A stretch of 64,000 nucleotides of DNA from an uncultured Burkholderiales bacterium (lineage in GTDB: Bacteria; Pseudomonadota; Gammaproteobacteria; Burkholderiales; Burkholderiaceae_C). The stretch lies in the NCBI GenBank assembly GCA_903870145.1, contig CAIQBO010000030.1, positions 6,823-70,822 of the forward strand, given 5' to 3'. Numbering within the stretch: the stretch's first letter is position 1; every line of letters starts with the position of its first letter. This document shows positions 23,615 through 31,702 of this stretch, in pieces. Below the pieces are notes generated by a model. It did no database searches, was not told the DNA's origin, and saw only the letters and a list, made by a program, of their open reading frames with translations. The translations under genes and the position numbers were made by a program.

Positions 23615-24240
23615 TGAGCCCGGTGGAGGTGGCCGGTTTCGTTTTGTCGTTGGCCATGGTCTATTGCAATATCCGCCAAATCCATTGGGGCTGGCCCTTG
23701 GCGCTGGTCAGTTCAGGGCTTTATTTCCAAGTATTTTGGGACAGTCGCCTGTATGGCGAAGCGGCCTTGCAACTGATGTTCATGTTCATGGCAGTCTGGG
23801 GTTGGTGGCAGTGGCTCAGATCACCCAGTCCAAGCTTAGTTCAGCTTGGCGACATTGCGCTTGACAACGGCGCAGCTGCGCGTAGCTCGGTCAAAGTTAC
23901 ATTACAAATTTCCAGTTTGTCTCGAACTGAATTCTTAGCGACGCTTGTTGTCACCGCTTTGACTTGGCCATTGCTGGCGTATTTTTTACAGCATTACACA
24001 GACACCGACGTTGCCATTTGGGATGGCTTGGTCTGCGCGCTGAGTCTGGCCGGTCAATATTTGCTAGGCCGCAAAAAGTTAGAGAATTGGGCTGTTTGGT
24101 GGCTGGTCAACAGTTTGACGATTGGCCTGATGCTTTATAAATTGCTTTGGCTGACGGCCATTTTGTATTTGATTTTTGCCATCCTCAGTTGGCTCGGATG
24201 GCGTGCTTGGCATTCTGAAGTTAAAGTTCAATCACTGTGA
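23611..24240 (+). CDS. pnuC: PnuC-family nicotinamide riboside transporter
   Basis: GWPLALV, LYGEAALQ, WGWWQW, GQYLLGRKKLENWAVW..VN; ATGA overlap with ftsB. Confidence 0.88.
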   Translation: MMSPVEVAGFVLSLAMVYCNIRQIHWGWPLALVSSGLYFQVFWDSRLYGEAALQLMFMFMAVWGWWQWLRSPSPSLVQLGDIALDNGAAARSSVKVTLQISSLSRTEFLATLVVTALTWPLLAYFLQHYTDTDVAIWDGLVCALSLAGQYLLGRKKLENWAVWWLVNSLTIGLMLYKLLWLTAILYLIFAILSWLGWRAWHSEVKVQSL

Positions 24241-24929
24241 AGTCTTCTGTTTCAACTCCTTTTCGGATCGCTTTACTGGGCGCTGAGAGCACTGGCAAAA
24301 CACAATTGGCAGAGCACTTGTTGGCGGCCATGCAGTCCTGCGGCGTGAGCGTGACCCATGTGCCTGAAACTTTGCGCCAGTGGTGTGACGCGCACAAGCG
24401 CACACCTCAAGTTCATGAGCAATCTGCCATTGCCATGGCGCAGGCTGACAAAGTATTGAGTGTGCAGCACGGCTGGGTGATTGCAGACACCACCGCCTTG
24501 ATGACCGCTATTTACAGCGACTTCTTGTTTCAAGACCCAACGCTTTATGCCATGGCTTTGCAACACCAAGCTTTGTTTGACGTGACCTTGCTGATGGGCC
24601 TTGATTTACCTTGGGTGCCAGACGGATTGCAAAGAGATGGCGCCCATGTCAGAGCCCCGGTGGATGGCTTGCTGCGCCAAGCCTTGAGCCGTGCCAAGCT
24701 GCCCTTCCAAGTGGTCTATGGTCATGGCCCGGCACGCTTGAACGCAGCTCTTTGGGCCGTGCAAGACAAATTGATCCGCCTGAAAAGCGCTGTTTCACTT
24801 GAATCTCAAATCGAGCGCACGCAAAGCCAGTTCGGTTTGAACCAAGGCCGAAGCGCCTGGCGCTGTGACTTGTGCAGCGATGCAGGCTGCGAGCACCGCT
24901 TGTTCAGCGATTTACTCAAACAGACTTGA
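24237..24929 (+). CDS. NadR-type nicotinamide riboside kinase / AAA_28 ATPase
   Basis: RIALLGAESTGKT Walker A; IADTT; DLPWVPDGLQR; GTGA overlap with pnuC. Confidence 0.8.
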   Translation: MKSSVSTPFRIALLGAESTGKTQLAEHLLAAMQSCGVSVTHVPETLRQWCDAHKRTPQVHEQSAIAMAQADKVLSVQHGWVIADTTALMTAIYSDFLFQDPTLYAMALQHQALFDVTLLMGLDLPWVPDGLQRDGAHVRAPVDGLLRQALSRAKLPFQVVYGHGPARLNAALWAVQDKLIRLKSAVSLESQIERTQSQFGLNQGRSAWRCDLCSDAGCEHRLFSDLLKQT

Positions 24930-24952
24930 GCCACAGCAAAGCCGGCCGCGAA

Positions 24953-25951
24953 TCAATGCAATTCAGCGCCCGGGGTAGGCATGGCCTCAGGCGATGTGAA
25001 CAAAGCCGCAGCATCGACCGGATCGAACTCATATTGAGCGCCGCAAAATTCGCAGCCCACTTCAATTTGACCCCGTTCGGCCAAAATACTTTCAGCTTCT
25101 GGAGCGCCCAAACTTCGGATCATGCGGCCTACCCGCTCACGACTGCAACTGCAAGCAAAGCGCGGCCCTTGTGCGCCTTGCAAAGGCTCAAATCTGAGCA
25201 AAGGCTCTTGCCAAAACAAGCGGTGCAACACGGTGTCAATGTCCAAGCTGAGCAATTCTTCTGCTTGGAGGCTTTTGGACAAAATCGAAATGCGCTGGTA
25301 GTCTTCACTTTGCCCTAAAGCAGACTCGCGTTCTGCACTCCCATAGCTTCCTGCCAAGTTGCCAGACCCTTCAAGGGGCAATCGCTGAATCAGCAAACCT
25401 GCAGCAACCTCATGGTTGGCTGCCAAGACCAAGGTGGTGTCAAGCTGCTCCGATTGCAGCATGTAGTGCTCGAGCACTTCGCTTAGTTTTTCTAACTTTT
25501 CTTTGCGGTCACCAAACAAAGGTACCACCCCTTGGTAGGGTTGCTGCCCTGGCATGCGGTCCAAAGGGTCGAGCGTGATGGCGCATCGCCCCTCGTTGTT
25601 TTGATTGACCATTTGACTCAGACTGGCCGCCAGCGGCACATCACCTTGCAAGCTCGCGGTGGCGCGCAGACTGAAATCAGGTTGAACCTCTGCCACAGCC
25701 AATTTAACCGGGCCATCGCCAAACACCTGCAAAACCAAGGCGCCATTGAATTTGATGTTGCCTTGCATGAGTACTGCTGCAGCGGCCATCTGGCCTAGCA
25801 ACTGCGTCACCGGCTCAGGGTAAGCGCCTGTTTCAGTATTGGCCGTGCGGCGCTTCAGAATATCTTGCCAGGCATCCGTCAATCGCACCACCATGCCGCG
25901 CACAGGCAAGCCGTCGAATAGAAATTTATGCAGTTCAGACAAATTTTTCAT
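24953..25951 (-). CDS. hslO: Redox-regulated chaperone Hsp33
   Basis: CSCSRER and CEFCG zinc motif; QPYQGVVPL; YMLQSEQLDT. Confidence 0.95.
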   Translation of the reverse strand: MKNLSELHKFLFDGLPVRGMVVRLTDAWQDILKRRTANTETGAYPEPVTQLLGQMAAAAVLMQGNIKFNGALVLQVFGDGPVKLAVAEVQPDFSLRATASLQGDVPLAASLSQMVNQNNEGRCAITLDPLDRMPGQQPYQGVVPLFGDRKEKLEKLSEVLEHYMLQSEQLDTTLVLAANHEVAAGLLIQRLPLEGSGNLAGSYGSAERESALGQSEDYQRISILSKSLQAEELLSLDIDTVLHRLFWQEPLLRFEPLQGAQGPRFACSCSRERVGRMIRSLGAPEAESILAERGQIEVGCEFCGAQYEFDPVDAAALFTSPEAMPTPGAELH

Positions 25952-25975
25952 GCGTCAGTTGCGCATGCCAAAAAA

Positions 25976-26500
25976 TTAAGAGATTTTTTTCAACCCTGAT
26001 TGAAAGCGCCGTGCATTTTCAATGTAGTGCAAGGTGGGCTGGCGTATGTTTTGAATTTGCTCAGGGCTGAGCGCTCGGGCCACCCTGGCAGGCGCGCCAA
26101 TGATCATGGAGCCCTCAGGAAATTCTTTGCCCTCCGTGATCAACGCACCTGCGCCTACCAAACAATTTTTCCCAATCTTGGCCCCATTCAAAATAATGGC
26201 GCCAATGCCAATCAGGCAATTGTCACCGATGGTGCAGCCGTGCAGCATGACTTGGTGACCCACCGTCACGAAATTGCCCACTGTCAAAGGCTTACCGGGG
26301 TCCGTGTGAAGCACACTGCCGTCTTGAATATTGGAGCCTTCGCCAATATCAATGGGTTCGGCGTCACCGCGAATCACAGCGCCAAACCAAACGCTGGCGT
26401 TGGCAGCTAAATTCACCGCGCCTATGACTTGCGCGCTGTCGGCCACCCATGCCCCCGGTGCGAGTTGGGGCTGCTTGCCTTCGTATTCGTAAATCGCCAT
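25976..26500 (-). CDS. Gamma-class carbonic anhydrase family (YrdA/CaiE-like hexapeptide repeat)
   Basis: [29 protein letters not shown]; start MAIYEY at 26500 with GGAGAGG SD. Confidence 0.92.
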   Translation of the reverse strand: MAIYEYEGKQPQLAPGAWVADSAQVIGAVNLAANASVWFGAVIRGDAEPIDIGEGSNIQDGSVLHTDPGKPLTVGNFVTVGHQVMLHGCTIGDNCLIGIGAIILNGAKIGKNCLVGAGALITEGKEFPEGSMIIGAPARVARALSPEQIQNIRQPTLHYIENARRFQSGLKKIS

Positions 26501-26558
26501 GCCAGACCTCTCCAATTTGAACGCCAATGCTGCATTGTAGGGACCCCTAAAATAGGCC

Positions 26559-27350
26559 ATGGTTGTCACCCCTATTTCCCTTCGCCAAGCCGCCCTATTG
26601 CCTTTATTGGAAAGCCATGCCGTGCGCAAAGCACAATTGGCTTTGGCGATCGATACGCGCTTGCCTGTCAGCGCGCAAGAGGCTATCCCAAACCCTGGAG
26701 GAATTCCCGGCCGCCCGGACCGGCCGATCTTGGTGGCGCACACCGAGATGAGGCATCTATCCTTGGCCACTTTGGAGGGCCGTGCAGCCTTGGTTCATTC
26801 GATCGCACACATTGAATTGAATGCCATCGATTTGGCGCTGGATGTGGTCTGGCGATTTGCCGGCATGCCCGATGCGTTTTATTTAGATTGGGTGCAAATT
26901 GCCAAAGAAGAAGCCAAACACTTTTTGCTGCTTCAAAAGCATCTGCAAAGTCTGGGTTTTGACTACGGTGATTTTCCTGCCCATCACGCTTTATGGCAAA
27001 TGGCTGAGCGCACGCAATCGGATTTACTCGCCCGCATTGGTTTGGTGCCGCGCACTTTGGAGGCACGCGGGCTGGACGCCTCTCCTGGCGTGAAAAACAA
27101 ACTTGTGAGCGCGGGCGACATGGTTGCCGGCCAAATTTTGGACATCATTTTGGAAGAAGAAATTGGCCACGTGGCTGCAGGCAATCGCTGGTACCGCTTC
27201 ATTTGCCAAGAGCGGGGCCTAGACCCGATCAGCACTTACAGCGAATTGATTCAAACTTACAAAGCCCCCAAGCTGCGCGCGCCTTACAACCTGGAAGCTC
27301 GGCGCAAAGCCGGATTTGAAGAAGAAGAATTGAACAGACTTGGCGAGTGA
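26559..27350 (+). CDS. Ferritin-like domain protein (DUF455)
   Basis: [47 protein letters not shown]. Confidence 0.88.
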   Translation: MVVTPISLRQAALLPLLESHAVRKAQLALAIDTRLPVSAQEAIPNPGGIPGRPDRPILVAHTEMRHLSLATLEGRAALVHSIAHIELNAIDLALDVVWRFAGMPDAFYLDWVQIAKEEAKHFLLLQKHLQSLGFDYGDFPAHHALWQMAERTQSDLLARIGLVPRTLEARGLDASPGVKNKLVSAGDMVAGQILDIILEEEIGHVAAGNRWYRFICQERGLDPISTYSELIQTYKAPKLRAPYNLEARRKAGFEEEELNRLGE

Positions 27351-27403
27351 GCACTGATCTGAGTTATCTGGTTTATCTGGTCGCCTTGATTTACCCTTGT
27401 TGT

Positions 27404-27417
27404 TTGACTTAGGTCAA
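27404..27417. promoter_or_regulatory. FNR-type binding site upstream of frdA
   Basis: Perfect palindrome TTGAC-TTAG-GTCAA (consensus TTGAT-N4-ATCAA), about 90 nt upstream of the frdA ATG. Confidence 0.72.
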
Positions 27418-27506
27418 TCACCCGAATCCAAAGCAGCAGTCCAATGAACGAAAGGACTGGTGCAGCATGGCCCAGTTCAAATGCAAATCGGCAAGGAACT
27501 CACGCC

Positions 27507-29264
27507 ATGAAGATTGTCAATGTGGATGTGGCCATTGTGGGTGCTGGTGGAGCAGGTTTGCGGGCAGCCATTGCCTTGGCACAAACCGACCCCACTCTGA
27601 AAATTGCACTCATCTCCAAGGTCTACCCGATGCGCAGTCACACCTGCGCAGCCGAGGGCGGAGCCGCGGGCGTAATCAAAGCAGACGACAGTTTTGCACT
27701 GCACTTTGACGACACCGTGGGCGGCGGGGACTGGTTGTCAGATCAAGATTGCGTTGCCTACTTTGTCAAAGAAGCGCCCAAAGAGTTGACCCAACTGGAA
27801 CACTGGGGTTGCCCTTGGAACCGCGAGCCCAATGGCTCTGTGGCCGTGCGCCCATTTGGCGGCATGAAAAAGCAGCGCACTTGGTTTGCAGCTGACAAAT
27901 CAGGCTTTCACATTTTGCACACCTTGTTTCAAACCACCTTGCAGTTTCCCAGCATCAGCCGATTTGATGAATATTTTGCAATCGATTTGCTGGTGGACGA
28001 GGGCCGCTGCCAAGGCTTGACTGCCATCGAAATGTGCAGCGGCATGATGACTCAGTTTCATGCCAAATCAGTGATCATGGCCGGCGGTGGTGCTGGCCGA
28101 ATTTTTCCATTCAGCACCAATGGCGCGATCAAAACCGGCGACGCCATGGCCATGGCCTACCGCGCCGGCGTGCCCCTGAAGGACATGGAGTTTGTGCAAT
28201 ACCACCCCACTGGTTTACCCAACACTGGCAGCCTCTTGACGGAAGCTTGCCGCGGCGAAGGCGGCGTGATGCTCAACAAAAATGGACGGCGCTATTTGCA
28301 AGATTACGGCATGGGGCCAGAGACTCCTTTGGGCAAACCAGAGCTCAAAACCATGGAGTTGGGCCCACGCGATCGGGTCAGCCAAGCCTACTGGCATGAG
28401 CTTCAAAAGGGCAACACGGTCAGCACGCCGTGGGGTGAATGCGTGATGCTGGACATGCGGCATTTGGGTGAAAAAGTCATCAACGAGCGACTGCCCTTGG
28501 TGCGCGAGTTGGCCATTGCCTATTTGGGCGTTGACATCGTGAAAGACCCTGTGCCAATTCGGCCTGTGGTGCATTACATGATGGGCGGCATATCCACCAA
28601 TATGCAAGCCGAAACTGTCTTGCCCGGCTTGTTTGCAGCTGGTGAATGCGCCTGTGTGAGTTTGAATGGGGCGAATCGACTGGGTTCGAACTCTTTGGTC
28701 GAATTGTTGGTGTTTGGCAAATCAGCCGCACTGTCAGCTTTTGCTTATTTGCAAGAACTTCCTGCGCCCAATGCGAAGGCTTTGACAGCGCTTGCTGAGC
28801 AATCACAAGGGCGAATTCGCGCACTTTTTTCACGCACCGATGGGGCCGAGTCGGTGGCAGGTTTGCGCAAAGAAATGATGGACAGCATGGAGAAAAATGT
28901 TGGCATCTATCGCAACGAAGAAGGCTTGAAAGAAGCAGCGCAAGTCATTGAAAATCTCAGAACACGCTACCAGAAGGTGATCCTCACAGACAAAAGCAAT
29001 GTCTTTAACACCGACTTGTTTCAAGTCTTGGAGTTGGGCTCCATGCTCGAGTGCGCCAGCGCCATCACGGTAGGCGCATTGGCGCGAAAAGAATCACGCG
29101 GCGCACACCAGCGTTTAGATTTTGTGGCGCGTGACGATGAGAATTTCTTGTGCCACAGCATGGTTCACTTCAACGGTGATCAAAACCCCACGGTAGACTA
29201 TTTGGATGTCGTGATCACCCAATCACCTCCTGGCGTGCGTGATTATTCAGGAGCCCACTCATGA
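27507..29264 (+). CDS. frdA: Fumarate reductase flavoprotein subunit (E. coli-type)
   Basis: GAGGAG, SKVYPMRSHTCAAEGG (covalent FAD His), AADKSGFHILHTLFQT, QYHPTG, ELGPRD, HYMMGG, GANRLGSNSL, RKESRGAH. Confidence 0.92.
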   Translation: MKIVNVDVAIVGAGGAGLRAAIALAQTDPTLKIALISKVYPMRSHTCAAEGGAAGVIKADDSFALHFDDTVGGGDWLSDQDCVAYFVKEAPKELTQLEHWGCPWNREPNGSVAVRPFGGMKKQRTWFAADKSGFHILHTLFQTTLQFPSISRFDEYFAIDLLVDEGRCQGLTAIEMCSGMMTQFHAKSVIMAGGGAGRIFPFSTNGAIKTGDAMAMAYRAGVPLKDMEFVQYHPTGLPNTGSLLTEACRGEGGVMLNKNGRRYLQDYGMGPETPLGKPELKTMELGPRDRVSQAYWHELQKGNTVSTPWGECVMLDMRHLGEKVINERLPLVRELAIAYLGVDIVKDPVPIRPVVHYMMGGISTNMQAETVLPGLFAAGECACVSLNGANRLGSNSLVELLVFGKSAALSAFAYLQELPAPNAKALTALAEQSQGRIRALFSRTDGAESVAGLRKEMMDSMEKNVGIYRNEEGLKEAAQVIENLRTRYQKVILTDKSNVFNTDLFQVLELGSMLECASAITVGALARKESRGAHQRLDFVARDDENFLCHSMVHFNGDQNPTVDYLDVVITQSPPGVRDYSGAHS

Positions 29265-30007
29265 AGGAACGATTGGTTCAAATTGAAATATTGCGCTACA
29301 ACCCCGAGCAAGACACTGAGCCTTATTTTCAGCTCTACGAAGTTTTGTGCAAGGAAGAGTGGGTGGTGCTGGACGCCCTGAACGCCATCAAAGAAACGGC
29401 CGATCCAACTTTGTCATATCGCTGGTCATGCCACATGGCTGTGTGCGGCAGTTGCGGCATGATGATCAACGGCGAGCCCAAATTGTCTTGCCATGCTTTT
29501 TTGCGCAGTTACGAAGGGGTGATTCGCGTAGAGCCCTTGGTCAATTTCCCCATCGAGAGAGACTTAGTGACCGTGGCGGACGACTTTTTGAAAAAGCTCA
29601 AACGCGTCAAGCCCTATTTGATACCGAAAGAGTCTGAGAAAATTGAAAAAGGCCCTTTCCCGCAAACGCCTGCTCAATTGATGAAGTACCGTCAGTTTTC
29701 AATGTGCATCAACTGCATGCTTTGCTATGCAGCCTGCCCGCAGTACGCACTGCAACCCAAGTTTCTAGGGCCCGCCGCGATCACTTTGGCACACCGCTAC
29801 AACCAAGACTCCCGCGATGGTGGGCGCGCGCAAAGGCAAGAGGAAATTGCCAGCGACGAAGGGGTCTGGGAGTGCTCGTTCGTGGGCGCCTGCTCAGAGG
29901 TCTGCCCCAAAGCCGTAGACCCCGCCGCCGCCTTGCAACAAGTCAAAGTTGCCAGCACTTTGGACTGGTTCAAAGAGCATCTATTGCCACAAGGAGAAAA
30001 GACATGA
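29261..30007 (+). CDS. frdB: Fumarate reductase iron-sulfur subunit
   Basis: YRWSCHMAVCGSCG...C (2Fe-2S), CINCMLCYAACP (4Fe-4S), CSFVGACSEVCPKAVDPAAALQQVK (3Fe-4S); ATGA overlap. Confidence 0.92.
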   Translation: MKERLVQIEILRYNPEQDTEPYFQLYEVLCKEEWVVLDALNAIKETADPTLSYRWSCHMAVCGSCGMMINGEPKLSCHAFLRSYEGVIRVEPLVNFPIERDLVTVADDFLKKLKRVKPYLIPKESEKIEKGPFPQTPAQLMKYRQFSMCINCMLCYAACPQYALQPKFLGPAAITLAHRYNQDSRDGGRAQRQEEIASDEGVWECSFVGACSEVCPKAVDPAAALQQVKVASTLDWFKEHLLPQGEKT

Positions 30008-30396
30008 GCCGCCGTCCTTTCGTTCGTCCTGTTTCTAAAACAGGCTGGTACTTCCAGCACCCTCGCTACCTGCGCTACATGTCACGTGAAATCAGTTGTT
30101 TTTTCATCGGTGCGTTTGCATTGCTGATGGTACTGACGCTGGAGCGTTTGGGGCACGGCCCTGCCGCTTACGAAGCATTTTTAGGCGCTCTTGAAGGGCC
30201 TTGGATGGCATTTTTTCTGTTTCTTATTTTCATCTTCGCCGTGCACAATGCCAGCAGTTGGTTCAACGTGACACCCAAAGCCCTGCCCGTGCAAATGGGT
30301 GAGGAATTTTTGGCAGGCAAATACATTGTGTTGGCGCACTATTTGGTCTGGGCCCTGACCACCCTTGGGGTGTTAATTTTTGCGGGGGTGATATAG
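30004..30396 (+). CDS. frdC: Fumarate reductase membrane anchor subunit C
   Basis: RRPFVRPV..W, YLRYMSRE, H.ASSWFNVTPKA; three TM helices; starts MSRR at 30004. Confidence 0.88.
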   Translation: MSRRPFVRPVSKTGWYFQHPRYLRYMSREISCFFIGAFALLMVLTLERLGHGPAAYEAFLGALEGPWMAFFLFLIFIFAVHNASSWFNVTPKALPVQMGEEFLAGKYIVLAHYLVWALTTLGVLIFAGVI

Positions 30397-30398
30397 CC

Positions 30399-30737
30399 AT
30401 GGCCAAATCAAACAAACCCATCTTTTGGAGCCTGTTTGCTGCAGGGGGCACATTGGCTGCGTTCTTGGCACCCGTGTTGGTTGGATTATTTTTACTCACA
30501 GCACTGGGCCAGACGCCTTCTGTGCTGGGCTATGCCCGGCTGCATGGCTTGACTCAAAATTGGATGGGCAAAATTTTCTTAATGACTGTTGTCACACTGT
30601 TTTTGTGGCATGCAGCGCATCGTTTGCGCATCACTTTACATGATTTAGGCATTCGCCAAGACCCTTGGATCGCCTTGTGCGTTTACCTCTTTGCAGCTAT
30701 CAACACGGGGTTCACGGCACTTTTGTTGCTGCACTGA
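30399..30737 (+). CDS. frdD: Fumarate reductase membrane anchor subunit D
   Basis: KSNKPIFWSLFAAGG, LWHAAHRLRITLHDL; three TM helices. Confidence 0.88.
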   Translation: MAKSNKPIFWSLFAAGGTLAAFLAPVLVGLFLLTALGQTPSVLGYARLHGLTQNWMGKIFLMTVVTLFLWHAAHRLRITLHDLGIRQDPWIALCVYLFAAINTGFTALLLLH

Positions 30738-30776
30738 ACTGTCACTCCACGATTTGATTCGATTGATTTAAATACT

Positions 30777-31580
30777 ATGCAAACTTGGTTAATGATGTTG
30801 CTGTATTCGGCACTGTTCCTCTTGGTTGGAACCGCTTTGTTTTTCTTCACCCTGACGCGGGGCGCATTGTTGTTGCGCTATGCAACAGGCAACACACAGC
30901 ACGACGCCGCCCATGTTTACCCCATTTACGCCAACATGAAGTTGATCAAGTTGATTGATTTTCAACCTCTGATTGGCGCTATTTTGCTGTTCCAATACGA
31001 CCGTTTGGTCAACACCATTGTGGCCGAGCTGGAGCAAATGGATTTGAAAGAGAAGCGCGTTTTGATCACCTCTTGTGCATTTGGCAATGTGATCCCGCTC
31101 GTGGCGCAAGCGGCCAGCGCACAAGGGGTCAAGACTTTGTTGATTGCCGACATCATTCAAAATGAATTGATCAATGCACAGGGGAAACTCAAGGATTTTT
31201 CGGGTGAAATAATTTACTCCGAAGAAAACGCCATCGCCATGAAACAAGCGGACGCATCGGTGAGCGCCAATGTGATTTTCTTTTTGCTCCATGAGCTGCC
31301 CCATCACCTGAAAACACAAGCCCTGCAAGAAGCTGTGCGGGTGCTCGAGCCAGGAGGGAAATTGTTTTTGGCCGAATTTCACCGACCTGACCCCTGGGCC
31401 TTGCGCGCTTTGAGTTGGACTTACTTCAAAGTGTTCGAACCCTATGGCTTGGCGCTGTGGAGCACGCACGACCCCCTGCACCAACTCTGCGCCATGAGGG
31501 GCATTTCATGCCAGCGAAAAACAGTTTTTTTCGGCAATTTTCAAGTGATTGTGGCGACCAAACAAGCGCTTGTCACTTGA
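30777..31580 (+). CDS. rquA: RquA-like rhodoquinone biosynthesis methyltransferase-fold protein
   Basis: Class I MTase fold with degenerate motif I (ITSCAFG, no GxGxG); FFLLHELP, EFHRP, FEPYGLALW, RKTVFFGNFQVIVA; VYP.IYAN..I..ID..LLFQYDRL resembles RquA N-terminus as recalled; 39 nt after frdD. Confidence 0.72.
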   Translation: MQTWLMMLLYSALFLLVGTALFFFTLTRGALLLRYATGNTQHDAAHVYPIYANMKLIKLIDFQPLIGAILLFQYDRLVNTIVAELEQMDLKEKRVLITSCAFGNVIPLVAQAASAQGVKTLLIADIIQNELINAQGKLKDFSGEIIYSEENAIAMKQADASVSANVIFFLLHELPHHLKTQALQEAVRVLEPGGKLFLAEFHRPDPWALRALSWTYFKVFEPYGLALWSTHDPLHQLCAMRGISCQRKTVFFGNFQVIVATKQALVT

Positions 31581-31702
31581 AGGTTCATTTTCGCCGAGGC
31601 TTTGCAGCCGTTGGGTCTATTTCCACTTTGGCATCGATCAGTTACTTGATTAGAATGGTTCAACGTTGAGACACAATCAACCCTCCATTCAAGGCTGTCA
31701 CC

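Noticed and set aside
27355-27381. Three 9-bp tandem near-repeats (TGATCTGAG TTATCTGGT TTATCTGGT)
   Set aside because: Too short and degenerate to call a repeat element or binding array; no spacers, so not CRISPR.
27507-30737. Calling the locus succinate dehydrogenase (sdh)
   Set aside because: Gene order ABCD, E. coli FrdA/B/C/D-specific motifs and an upstream FNR box favour fumarate reductase.
31655-31669. Tiny uORF (MVQR-stop) upstream of the dehydratase
   Set aside because: Its ATG lies inside the putative TAGAAT -10 element, so it is unlikely to be transcribed; no regulatory logic evident.
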